Below, one piece after another: positions 34,867 to 47,600 of a DNA stretch of 64,000 nt. The stretch lies in NCBI RefSeq assembly GCF_001447785.1, contig NW_015167060.1, positions 150,041-214,040 on the forward strand, given 5' to 3'. Under the pieces are notes generated by a model. It ran no database searches. It saw only the letters and a program-made list of their open reading frames with translations, and had not been told where the DNA came from. This DNA comes from Gekko japonicus. Taxonomy: Eukaryota. Position 1 is the stretch's first letter, and each line of letters opens with the position of its first letter. A program made the position numbers and the translations under genes.

Positions 34867-35023
34867 ATGGGTCGAAGCAAGCATCAGGAATCTGGGGAAG
34901 CGCCGGAGCCGGAGGCAGCCCCGGAACGGTCTTACCACGAGCTGGTGGAGAATGTGAATGCGATTTCGCGGCCGCTGGCCTCTCGTAAACTCACGCGCAA
35001 GCTGTACAAATGCGCCAAAAAAG
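34867..35023 (+). CDS. NHP2: NHP2 coding exon 1
   Basis: ATG at 34867; donor G/gtgcgg at 35024. Confidence 0.92.
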
Positions 35024-38000
35024 GTGCGGGGGAGTCCGAGGGAAGGCGGACGTGGAGGGGCTGATGTCAGGGGTGGAAAGAATTCCTGTTGGGGGTTCTC
35101 AGGCCACTGAGGCTTCGTGCTGAATATTTCCCATTTCGTTTATAGCGGCGAAGCATAAACAGATCCGGCAAGGCGTGAAAGAGGTCCAGAGGTTTATCAA
35201 CAAAGGCGAGAAGGGGTAAGGGCGTCCGTGATTTCGTCAACATTTTCTACTTTCTTCTTTGTCTGGCCTACAAAATATGTTGAGCTCTCGTCTGTTACTC
35301 TTTGTACGAATTCCATAAGAGTAGCCGTGTTAGCCTGTTGCAGCAAAATAAACAGGAGTCCAGCAGCACCTTCAAAACTTATAGATCCCAGAGTAAGCTT
35401 TCTGAGCCAGAGCACACTTCATCACGTGCATTTGATACAGTTGTTCCATTAGGCAATTTGTACGTTTTATGAAGGGATTTCTGACACACAAAAGTTCATG
35501 GTGGAATAATGTTTCTTTCTTTATTTGGTCTTTTCATTTTTCTTGTCATTCCTCAAGACTCACCTTTTTTCTAAAGGCTTTGGAACAACAGTTTGGAGCC
35601 AAACTATTCAAGACTGATCATCTCAAAGCCAGGCATGACAAGCAGGAAACAGAGTTCCCAAACACACTGGGGCCTGATTTAAATTGGAATCATGACATGG
35701 GGGGGGCGGGCATTAGGCCCCCCCCCCCACACACACACACAGAGAGAGATATTTGTCTAGGCTGAAATGGCCCTGGAGATACATGTGCAGTGTTCAGTGT
35801 ACTTGTAGCCCAGCAGTGGGGCAAATAATGTTCCTGGGGCTGTTTCAGGCTGGGAAAATCGGGAACCCCATTCTGGCTTGTGCTGAAACCTCTCATAGAA
35901 TCTGGCTTTTATTCTATACTTCACTGAAACTTAAGAGTGGAATCCTAAGAAAAGTTACTCTGGTCGAAGCCCATTGATTTCAACGGGAGTAACTCTGTTT
36001 AGGACAGCACGGTAAGTTTAAGTAGGTATAACTGGAATCAGGCCTGTAGCCATGATTTTTTAATGTGGGGGGGCCTTTTAAAAAATGGTGGGCACTGAAA
36101 TTCACGCAGGGGCAAAGACATTTACCAATCAAGGCCCCCCCTCCCCCCGTGCTTTGCTCTCCTTGCCTCGGTGGGGGCTGACCAAATGCCAAAGACTCCA
36201 GCTTTGCTCTCCAGTTCCAGCTCGGGGACTGGAGCCCCTGGCCCCAGTTCCCCTTCCCTGGCTGAGGATGTCTCATGCATCGCCTTAGCAAGACCCTCAG
36301 CTATTGCCCACTCACTCAGCGCCTCTGTGCTGCCTTCCCGTTTCCCAGCCCCCAACTGGCCTCCTGACAGGACTCCAAGGGATAGGAGCCTGCCTGCAAG
36401 AGAGAGGGGGACACTGGTTGACTTAGGACCCCTGGGGGTGCCCAGGAGAAACCTTCTCACAACCCTATCCCTCCAGGCCTGCAAGGGTCTCCGCTGTGTG
36501 TGAGGAGCGGGGGTCTCTCAGTCGAGGGAGAGGCATCACAGAGCCCAGGTTCCTCTGGCCAGTCCAGCTCTTCCCCTGCCCCATCCTCTCCGTTGATTCG
36601 CCCTCCCGCACACACACCCTGCTTCTACCTCAAAACATTTAAAGTTTAGATGCTTTGGGGAGAAGCAGGGTTGTGTGACTCCACTCCAAGCTGTGAATTC
36701 ATGGTTCAGAGTGCAGGTGTGTGCTAGGCCCCCCCCCCCCTTCTCCCATTTAAAGCAAGTTGCTGGGGGGGGGGGGGGGGGGGGGTTGGCAAGATCATTT
36801 GTCTTGCACTGGTGGAAAACTGGTGGGATCCAGGCTACTCAATAATGAGGAAAAGGGCTATTGTGGAAGTGTCCTTTGATTCTGGGTATTGCTTGGGCAT
36901 ACTACATGTTGTAGCAGTCAGGACGTATCATATCTTCTATACTTACTGGAATGAATAGATACTAGCACTTTTATCTAAAAGCCTTCACAATGATATGGAA
37001 ATGTTTTCAAGCTACAGTCATTTTAAGCAATTGAGATCTTTGAACTGGGAGGGATAGCCCCAATTACTCTAGCTGTGATTTTCAATGGATTGTGAGGATA
37101 GTCAGGTGCTGATTGTGGAAGACTTAGTACCTCCTTCTCTAATTGATAGGCATATAATCAGCTTTTTTGGTTTTCTTTTGTTAATTAGATTGCTGCATCT
37201 GGACTAGGGTTGCCGTATCTGAACAAGCCGGTGGGGGACTTGCTGGGTCACTACAGGAGAAGGGAGGGAAGAGGCATGTCATGCCTGCATCATCTCTGGG
37301 GGCAGTGCTCTGGTATTTGGGCAAAACTCTGGTTTGAAGCTAATTCTACCATAGAGGCTTGCCCCAAAACCAGTGCCCCCCCCCCATGTCACCGACGTGC
37401 CTACATCACTTCTGGGTGACGTTAGTATGTTGCGTTTGGGGTAGTAACTGTCTCCCACCAGCCAGTTGGCAGTGCTGGAAGCCGGGGGGGATCCCCTGCA
37501 TGCCAGTGGGGTCTGGCAACCCTTATCTGGACTGCCATAGATTAATAAATGCACCACTAATAGGTGGTTAAACTATTATATTATTTTTTACTTTGATTTT
37601 TACCCTGCCCTACCCCACCAAGGCAGGCTCAGGGCGGCTTACCAATAAAACAACAGTATATGGACAAAGCTGCGCCACAAGTTGCTTTTCACTATTCCAA
37701 GCATATGGGAGACCCACCCCAAGCAAACAGGAGATATTTGAATATATTATGCATTTGGGCCATGGGTCATTACAGTATTTTTTGTTGTTGTTTATACTGT
37801 ATAGGATATAGCTGGAAGGCACATGATCATAGCTGAAGCTAGGCGCATCTGCTCAGTGCTCAGACAGGGTTTCTAGGAAGCCTGCTGTAAGCAAACTTGT
37901 TCCATTATAAAAGAAAGATGGAGTAGAGCCAGTGTGGCGTAGTGATTAGTGTCAAACTAGGATCTGGGAGACAAAGGTTTGCATTTCCACTCTGCCATGG

Positions 38001-39140
38001 AAACTTGCTGGGTGGCCACTGACACTTTCAGCCCAGCTTACCTCACAGGGTTGTTGTGAGGATAAAAATGGAAGAGAGGACAATGATGTAAGCCACTTTG
38101 GTCTACATTGGGGGGGAAAGGTGGGGTATAAATGAAGTAAATAATACAAACGCAGTGATCTTACATGTCAGACCAGAATAACTAGCATGACAAAAACTTT
38201 CTCTTTTTAAGTAAAAACTCAGCAATTGGGGTTGAGCAGTTGGTTAGAAACTGTTTAAAACTAGAAACGCAGTGATCTTACATGTCAGACCAGCAGAATA
38301 ACTGTAGCATGACAAAAACTGTCTCTTTTTAAGTAAAAACTCAGCAGTTGGGGTTGAGCAGTTGGTTAGAAACTGTTTAAAACTAGACCCTAAGTTCTTC
38401 CCTGGCCTAGACTCAGATATTAAATCAGCTGAGAAGGGATGACCAAGGACTTTAGTACTAGATCCTCTCTACAGATAATCTTGTTTAAACCACGGGTGTT
38501 ACTGTCTGGCAGCACAAAGCTGTGCAATACTGGCAAATACGATTGCCTGTATTTAAATCAGCCAGATTATCTTCACAGTAATGCTGTTGTTTACCATGAT
38601 GCAGCCATAGTCAGAATCTCAAAAACCTGCACCATAGGAAGGCAATCTTGCCTTACTGTATTAGAAGTGTGGGTTGTCATTTTTTTAAAAACTACACATT
38701 AACCCTCTTATCGGTACACTATTGCTGAAATCTTTTCCATTTCATCTGCTCATTCTCATGAGTTCTGTATTACAGTCTCTTATGAGCCGTTACTTTTATC
38801 AGGTAGACCTGCATCCTGAAACTTACCTTTCACATTAGTACTCTGAAACAGGGGCCCACTTAAAATGCATCTCAGCATGACCATATTGTACATGTGAATC
38901 GGCCTGTAGAGTGCTGTTGCAATAGTGGAGATATGTGTTTGTTGTGGGCTAATGGGAAACTGTTGTGAGTGATCTGGGAAATGAATTTTGCTTTCCTGTG
39001 GTTTCTCTTCTCAGGACTTGGGATTAGCTGTAGGTACAAAACGCCCAACCTGTGTGATCATGATCAAGCCACATGAAGAATACCAAGAAGCCTATGACGA
39101 GTGCTTGGAAGAGGTGGAGGCTCTTCCTCTCCCCTTGTGA
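34867..39140 (+). CDS. NHP2: H/ACA RNP complex subunit 2; exons 34867-35023, 35146-35215 and 39015-39140; expected exon 3 not found
   Basis: ...NAISRPLASRKLTRKLYKCAKK / AAKHKQIRQGVKEVQRFINKGEKG / [missing] / DLGLAVGTKRPTCVIMIKPHEEYQEAYDECLEEVEALPLPL*; typical L7Ae-family NHP2. Confidence 0.92.
35146..35215 (+). CDS. NHP2: NHP2 exon 2
   Basis: tatag/CGG...GG/gtaagg; 70 nt. Confidence 0.93.
36039..36838. mobile_element. CAGGCCCGTAGCC-family element lacking a complete right TIR
   Basis: Left TIR caggcctgtagcc at 36039; GC-rich interior; long G run near 36765-36785; only ggctac at 36833-36838. Confidence 0.55.
37205..37524. mobile_element. hAT MITE, TAGGGTTGCC family
   Basis: TIRs TAGGGTTGCC / GGCAACCCTT; 8-bp TSD ATCTGGAC. 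Confidence 0.88.
37925..38145 (+). mobile_element. Squam3-like SINE, with further copies near 58825-59040 (-) and 63564-63737 (+)
   Basis: agagccagtgtggcgtagtg...cctcacagggttgttgtgaggataaaa core; A-rich tail. Confidence 0.75.
39015..39140 (+). CDS. NHP2: NHP2 last coding exon
   Basis: ctcag/GAC...TTG TGA; 126 nt. Confidence 0.93.
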   Translation, partial: DLGLAVGTKRPTCVIMIKPHEEYQEAYDECLEEVEALPLPL

Positions 39141-39945
39141 GGAACATTGAAGGAAGATGCTGTTAAGACTGACGTGACTTGTACCTTCTCTGCAAGAGAG
39201 ACAGTAGCTGAACATTGATTTAAAACTATGGGTACAGAAGCTGGCTTTGTCCTTTTGTTACCTTTGGAAGAATACTGGAGTTGGTAATACTAGTAAGCCT
39301 TAAAAGGCAGACTAATCACTGGCTTTAAAAAATCAGTTACATGTCCTTTAGTAAGTACTGCAGAGTGGTGTGTGTTAGTGACTACATTTTGTGGCAAATC
39401 TAGCCTAAGGAGTTAACCATCTCACTCTAAAAGCTAATGTGCTCCTTTTGGGAGTCTTAATACAATTAAAATATTTGTACGATTTCTAAATGTTTTTCAG
39501 TGTCTAATTTAACAGATTATGCCCCATGCTAATTGCCCACATTAGGTGTGTCTTCAGTAACTGCTCACCCCACCCCCAGCAGATGGTTTAATATGAACTG
39601 TTTGAAAAAAACAAAAATGTCTATCACACCCAGTTTTTCTAAATGTTTTTCAGTGTCTAATTTAACAGATTATGTCCTATGCTAATTGCCCACATTAGGT
39701 GTGTCTTCAGTAACTGCTTACCCCACCCCCAGCATATGGTTTAATATACTGACTTGTGTGAACTGTTTGAAAAACAAAAATGTCTATCACACCCAGTTCT
39801 TGTGTTTTGCTCTGTAAGCTACAAGACTATTATGTAATGCAAGCAACAGAATGCTGCACCAGAAAAAAAGTACCTACTGCCTTATATCACATGTTGATGG
39901 CTTTTCCTTCCCTACAGCATGATTGCCAGTTTGTCCTGGAGGAAC

Positions 39946-39951
39946 TTTATT
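39946..39951 (-). terminator. Probable distal poly(A) signal (AATAAA) of RMND5B; a proximal AATAAA lies at 41228-41233
   Basis: - strand reads ttttattgtaactatactcagaactaatAATAAAg, a typical mRNA 3' end context. Confidence 0.5.
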
Positions 39952-41603
39952 ATTAGTTCTGAGTATAGTTACAATAAAAATCATCCACCAAGTCCATTTG
40001 AAAAGAAATTTATTTAGATGTATTTTTTGCCATCCTTCCATAGGTGTGGCAGTTCGGGTGCCCCAAACTGAAGGGAGAAGGGGAAAAAAACAAAACCCTA
40101 GGATTACATGCAGTGGGACAAAACCCTTTGTAAAATGAACAGGCCACAACTCAGATGTCAGAAAAAACCATACAATACCCTTGATAAATATAACCTTCTA
40201 AAGGCCTGTGGTGATTTTCCCTACTTTACAGGGGTTATTTAAGAACATACCATAGTTACAGCTGTGTTTCTGAAGCACAGTTGGTAGGAACTGGCTCTCA
40301 TATACGCATGGTTGCTTTTAGGTTGAACAGTTTGCTCTCGTCAGTGGGATCCTTTCTAAAGTCTGTACTGTCCTATAAGCTTAGCAGTTTTCTCCACAGG
40401 CCCAGCTCTGGAGTCCTACTTCATACACTACCTCATGTAGCATTTTCCCCACTGCTTCCAGGGAGTTCCCCATAATGATGTGCTATTGGCATTCTGCCTC
40501 GAGTTGAACTTAAGAGGCCTCTTCCACTACATACATATACTATATGGATTAACCCACACTGAGCCTTTTTTATCATCGCTTCAAATGATTTTTATCTGTT
40601 AAGCTACAGAATTATTTGAAATTGAATTGCTGACATAATTCATTATGAGAAGGAAAGGACTGCATCTTCTTTCCTATATCCATCAAGTTAAGTATTCTAG
40701 TGACTGCTACACCAGATTTCACATCCTGTAGTTGTTCCACTTTATACTAATCTATAACAGATCGGAGACCTCCACAAGAGGGTTTCTACCTTTACTGAAA
40801 GATACAAGTTGGCTTCTAAGTATGTACTATCAGCAGGTACAAGACCCTTTCTTACAGTTTTCCTGATCTTATCTATGCGCAAGGAGTTTGATAGCAGGAG
40901 GCATGCCATAATGACATACCCTTCATATCTAGGTCAGAAGGCTGCACTTTGGGCCAATCTCCATGCTCAAAAGATTCAGAGATCACCTTTGTTAATGTCT
41001 CGGCTGTTGCCCTTTTCTCCTTTCCCATGTACTTTAAAACTTTCCTCAGAAGATCAGCACTAAGTTTTAAAGATGCCTTTTTAAACTTAAGATGTAGGCT
41101 TCAGTTATTTAAAAAACAAAACACTTTCCCTTTTCAGACACAACTTTTCTCCTTCTTACTGATCAAAACAGAAGATGACAGAGGTTTATTTCCAAGGTAT
41201 TAAGTGGCAGAAGCAGCTCTTCATCTATTTATTGTGCAACCCTAGCCCCAACAAGAATAGATCTGTGCATGGGTAGAGGGCAGAATATCTTGGTAGGAAG
41301 CAGCTGGCTGCTCAGCTAAGCCCTCCCCATGAAGAAGCCTAGGATTGGAAAAAAACATGGTGCCACGTGTACACAATCAATTGCCGTACCTTACAGCACC
41401 CATAAGAAACCACTCTCCTCTGACCTAGGAAGCTGCTGTTCTGTCTCACTGAGCAAGCAGCAACTTTTAGGACTACAGCAGTTAGTGCAGCAGGCCAATA
41501 GGAACTCCTGCAGGCACGTAAGACCTCCCTTTCAAGCCCTGCCCCAAAAGGTGCTTATTCCCACTGTCCATTTCCCCAACAGCACCTCCAAGACACATCA
41601 TTA

Positions 41604-41667
41604 TCAAAAGATGAGGCGTTTCCCATCAGCTGGGTTTTGCTCCATAGGGCAATATGGACATTTCAGC
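41604..41667 (-). CDS. RMND5B: RMND5B last coding exon ([20 protein letters not shown])
   Basis: ctgcag/G...TTT TGA. Confidence 0.93.
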
Positions 41668-44600
41668 CTGCAGAAAAGATACAAAGCAGAGATTAGAAAG
41701 AGGAGCTCTGAATGCTGGCCAGTGACAAGTTTTACAAGAGTAGCACGGCACCACGGAGAAAGTGGGAGAGAGGCCCTTCCTGTGGCCTCCCCTGTGCTCC
41801 ACCAGCAAATCCGATTACCACAGTTCTACTGCACACTTTTCTTGATTCTGCATTGGTAAGAAGAGGGCCAATTTGGCCTTGGGGGCTCCAGGTCCAGATC
41901 CCTTCCTTAGCAACTATAGGAGGCAGTGCTAGAGGTTCTCATGACAGCTGGTATAGCACTACCCGGCAGAAAGCAGCAGACAGTGCTGCTGAAGTATGGT
42001 GGTGATCCCAAGACACTGAATAAAGGTGAGGAATCTGACTTTCTACATTCTTCAAGGGGGTCTGGGTATCCTACAGCATCTCTCAGTGTGGTTATAGAAC
42101 AGCTTGGAGATTGTTTAGTAGCATGGTATCTGATTTTTAGATGGGTTTATCACCCAACAATTCTCAAGAACTCCAGGCAAAAACATCACTCACTTCCCTC
42201 CGTTGATGAGTTTGTTGAGAGCGTCTCGAGAGATGACATGTCCACAGATGAGCTTAATGGGTGGGTTGGAATCTGTTGTCTGCTGGCGCAAGATAGGGCA
42301 TGCAAATACTGAATGGTACCAACACTTCATCCCCAGCTCAATCTCAATCTGTTAAGAGTAACAGGAGTATCAGCCCCTTCACAGCTTCTTCCTCAAGGAA
42401 TTCCCCACCCACAACCTGCAGCTCCTCCATCACAACACCCTTTCCCAGAATGGCTCAGGCACTCACAGGCAGCTCATCCTTGTGGCTCCAGACACCTGTG
42501 CACTGTCTCTGCTCAATCACAGCCTTGATGTTCATCAGCACTGGTAGTGCTACACATCCTGCAGCAAAGCTGCAGACAGAGAGAGACAGAGAGAGCTCAG
42601 CACTGCCCCACCCTGCTCCCCATCCCACCCACATCAGGCTTTACCTGACACTCAGGGGAGACTCCACTGAGAGGCCCAACAGGGCACAGGCATCACGAGT
42701 GAAAGTCTCACAAATCTCAGTCCAGTGGCTGTCATCGAGCAAGTGCCTATATGGAGAGTTCTTTAGGCCCAGGCGCAGGTATACCAGACTCCCCATCATC
42801 ACCTGAATCTCTAGGTAGCAGGATACAGGAAGCACCACATTAACATGCCTTCAGTAACACAATACTCTGTCCTGTGATCAAATTAGACTCAAGCCAATAA
42901 TTCCCTTGTTTTCAGGCAAGGGAATCCCACATCTTCCTCTACTAAAAAGGGGAAGCTTATAACTCTTCAGTGCCAAAAGCTCCCCTTTAAAGGACAAACC
43001 TGCTATCTGACTTCAGAGGGCTTAGTAAGGTCCACGTTAAATTTTGCCCATCACAACTCCTGATGAGAAAAGCTGAGACAATCTTTCCCACTGGAGGAAA
43101 TCCTTGCAAGAAAGATAAATCCCTCCCAAGGTAGCCACTCCAAGAGGCAAGTGCCAGAGTAAGCTTCCAAACAGCCTCACCTTGCTGGTGTAGATGAGCA
43201 AAAGGCTGGAAATGGCGTGCATAGCTCAGGGCCTCTAGCTCCTTGCCTGGACCACCAGCAAGAAGCCTGATGAAGTGGAGCCGATGTAGCCGGAACTCCA
43301 GAGAGCTGTTCAGTTCTGCCAGCTGCTGTCTGTGGAAGATTGCCCAACTGGGCAAAGGACATCCCTTCTTAGTACCAGAGAGAGAACGTGATGGAGTAGT
43401 CATCACAGCAAAAGGATATACTTCAAATCACATATTTATAGAGAAGCTTTCTTTCTTGGGGAAGGTAGAGAATACTAGCAATGTCCTCATTCTCTGGACT
43501 CACAAAGCTTGCAGAGAGACAAGGAGACAGACCAAGAACAGTATTCACTGGACTTTGTGGAAGGGTTAGACTCAGCGGGAGAAAGGCAAGCACAAGTTCT
43601 CAATGCTTGCCCAAGCACAAAGAGAAGAGGTGATGAGCCCCCTAGAGATTTAGTTTGAGGAACAAGCCATGGGTTGGGGCCAGACTAGTGTTTCCACAAG
43701 TGCAAGCAATTCCACCCACAGAGCATGATTTTCCTGTACGGGGAGGAAGGGAAGTTATACTTCCCAGCAGAAATCCTTGCACTGAGTCATTTTTAAATTA
43801 ATTTTTTATTCTTAACAATTCAATATTTCAGAGCATGATTTTCCTGTACGGGGAGGAAGGGAAGTCATACTTCCCAGCAGAAATCCTTGCACTGACATTT
43901 TTAAATTATTTTTTTATTTTTAACAATTCAAAATTCGACATATCAGCAAATCAATATTTATATAATCATACACCTTTTGCGATGTTTAAGTTATTATTTT
44001 CACTTGTTACAGAATTATTTGAATCTTACATAGTTAAATATCAGAATATGTTCTATTAGAATTTAAAAATAGATCATCTCTTGGTACAGGGGATTCTTAG
44101 GTAAAATATCATTTTGTATCATATAACTTATAACTGGACACCAAACTGCTACTTTGTTTTGTGGGGTTTTTTTTAATTGACCGAAGATGCATTGGATGTT
44201 TTGAAAGATATTTTACTTAAAATAAAATGATCCCATATTTGATTATACCATTGTTGTAGTGAGGGAGGATTTCTTTCTATTTTTTTGCTATAAGAATACG
44301 AGCTACAGAAAGCAAAACTGAAATTAGTTCTTTGTTTCTTCCTTCTATTACAGTATCAGGCCATTTCTCCAAAAGAAAAAAATCAGGAGTACAAGGTAAG
44401 TCATTATGAGTAATTTCTTTAATTTGTTGTCCTATTTTTTCCCAGAATTGTTGAATCAGCAGACAAAACCGCCAACAATGCATAAAATCTGCTAATTGTC
44501 CACATTGTTTTTTTGCATATTGGTTTGAATGATTTGTTTATTCAATGTAGTGTAGTTGGTGGAAAATACCACCTTGTTAGCATTTTAACTGCTTGGAACC

Positions 44601-47600
44601 GAATGGGGAGTATTTTGGATATATTACATGATGCGTTCCAAATTGATATCCACTCTTTTTCAGAGAGAAAGGTCTGGATATCTAGTTGCCATTGTTTTTG
44701 ATATAAGGTTGCTGGTTCTTCTTCACTTCTGTTAATGGATTTGTAACAAGTTGTTATTAATCCCAGAGATTGCTCTTTTTTCTTGTTTAAAAGTAATTCA
44801 AATTGAGTCATGGGTCTATTCCTAGTTTGTAATGATGGAAGTAATTCCAGTAAGTGTTTTGAACCACTGTATTTTTTATTTTTTGTTCTAATTTTGCTTT
44901 ATCTAATATCTCATCATTGTCTAATAAGTGAGCTATTTGATTCTTGCGTCTTGCCATGTTTTAAATTTTTGTTAGTTTTGTGTAGGGACAAACCATTTTT
45001 GTAAAGTGTAGGGAGCTTGTTTGGATATCTCTGGAGCTAACTTATCTTTATGTTTGTGCCATGTATTAAGAGAAGTGATCAAATATGGACTGTATTGTTT
45101 GTTGGAATTTTTAAGTGAAATCTGTATCCCACAGGGCTTCATATAATGAGTATGGGGTTATAGGGTTTATTTCAATTTGTGTCCAATCTGGCGGTGGTTG
45201 TGGTGTGGCAGCTCTTATTGGACTGACAAAAACATTAGCGTGGATCCAACTCTTTTCAAGGATCCTTGTCCTGAAGCATATGCTCTACTCATCTTTTCAG
45301 TAAATACAGAAAGGGAAAACCATCCTATGGAGAAAAGCTATGCACGAAGGCTTCATTCCTACCTTAAGGCTGGCTCCAGGTCTTGCTTGTGTAGAGCTTC
45401 TAGTATGCTGTTAAGTTCAAGAAATGGTTTTTTGAAATCTATGTCTACATTCATGGTGGACTCCTGTGGACAGAAAATCTAAAAGTTGAATGGGAACACA
45501 TTTCAGTCTTTTTCACGAAGAAGCAGAGAATGCAGTGGGGAAACAGGAATATCCTCAGTGAGCTTCATCCTTGCAGGCAGGATGGAAGCAGTCAGCTGTG
45601 TGTCATAATAAAACCAGTCAGTAGGGTCAGGTAACTCAAGTTGCTGTCTCCCTTGCATTTGAAGGCAAGAAACAGAAATGTCTAGCAGAACCCTGTGTCA
45701 GTGCCAAGCAGTGGTCAATAGCACAGAAAAAAATGCAAAGCTATGATCATCCGCTCAGCACACTGTAACAAAGACTATTTGCACTTGTATTTCCTTTAAT
45801 CCCAGTACCTGACACAGCTCCTCAGCCACTCCAAGCATTCCTTGTTGGTAAAGGTGTTCTATAATGGCCAGCACCAGGATCTGCTTCTCTTGGGATTCCC
45901 AGACCATTGCAGGAACAATGCCACATAAATCTGCATCAAAATTCTGGAAGGGGGGGGGGAGAAACAGCCATTCTAGAGTGCTATCAGGAAGCCCCACTAA
46001 CAATTTTCCAAACCCCAAAGCACACATGTGGGACAGGTTTTTTTTAGTGCTTCCCCCTTCTCCACATAACAATGAATGGATGGCACTGCCGATACAATAT
46101 TAACCAAGCTTGGCAGTTCCAAAGTTGCAATGAATGGTTTTCATGTGACTATTCCTATGAATTCTGTAATACATGTATGTTTTATCGATTTGTAAAAGGG
46201 GTGGGGGAAGAAACAAAACCACAAGTATGTACAACAACCCAAATAAAAATCAAGTTATGAATGCATCTGATTGGTTTTAATTTGCCTGGCACAGCTAAAG
46301 CACATGTCTCTCCCACATAGTAGGAAGGATATTGTGACCACCAATCTGATATGAACTAACAAGTAATGCAAGTGATGCTACAGAGAGTGACAGAGAAACT
46401 AAGGTGCCCCAGTGACCTCCATGGAAGACAGGTAAATACTGTTGAAGTAGATGGACAACCAATTCCACAGCATAGCATGCACAGTCCCTTTGTTGGTCTT
46501 AAAGGTGCCACTGGACTTGAACTTTGTTTTGGGTGTGCTAAAATTACTGTGTGAACAGTTTTCACTGCCTTTAGTCTCACCCCCCCCTTACATTGTTTAA
46601 ATGTGTTATAGTATGTTTAAATCTTTTCAAGTACTTTTCCAAGAAAAATAAGTTTCCACATAAAGTTTTCTATTTATTTGTGTATAAATCAAAATATACA
46701 TGCTAAATCACATCACACACTGTTTAAGGCATGGAAAAATTTTCCAGTTCAAACTTTTCTGTAAAACCCATTAACACTGGCACAAAACAACCACCTACTT
46801 CCTACCAGCATTGAGTTGCACTGTTACTGGCCAGAAATCACAGCTTAGAGTAAAAACAGGGCAGGCTAAGAGGTTGACACAATGACCACATGAGCTGTTC
46901 AGGGTAAGTCTAACCTGCCTAAGTATCTGAGCTTTCAGTTTAAAACAGAGCAAGAGTCTAGCCAAGCTTTCTGTGAAGAAAAAGTCAAAAAATGGTTTTA
47001 TAAACAGAATGTGGTTATAATTTACTGTCTATAAAAAAGGCAGTTTTATTGCATGGTTTATTTTATGTTTCATTGCATTGCTTATGAATTTCATCATCTG
47101 CCTCAACTCTCAGCAAGAAAGGTAGACTATAAACAAAGTCAATAAAAATATTATAAATGTGTGCAGACAGATCCTTTTCTCAGCAAAGGTCTAGTATAGG
47201 GACCCCAGTGCCATGGCAGCACTGGCAACTTTCCTGGTGCCCACCAAATGTTTTTAGAAACTGGGCAGGGCCAGATAGGGCTTTTGCACACTAGGGCTTC
47301 TGACTGGCCACTGGCCACCTGATTGTCTGTGCAGACTTTTTATAAAGTTGCTTTGGCAGCAGTTGCCACCACAGCACTAATATCTTCACTGTATGACTGA
47401 AGGTAAGTTGTGTGTAAGCATTTTAAAACAATATGCTCACTTTAAAGGGAACCCTGTTAAAAAGACTTCTGCCTGAGAGGTTGAAGAATTACTATTCTTT
47501 AAAGCCCTACATGGTCAGGGACCTACATACCTGAGGGACCGCCTTTCCCCATATGTCCCCCGGAAAGCACTGTGGTCAGGGGCCCAGAACTGGCTGGCCC

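Noticed and set aside
36381-36395. Peptide DRSLP resembling part of NHP2 exon 3
   Set aside because: No flanking LAGDT, YCH, MCE or PSK residues, and it lies inside a MITE; chance match
36945-36952. ACTGGAAT matching the 8 bp before the 36039 TIR
   Set aside because: Not preceded by a TIR, so it cannot be accepted as the right TSD
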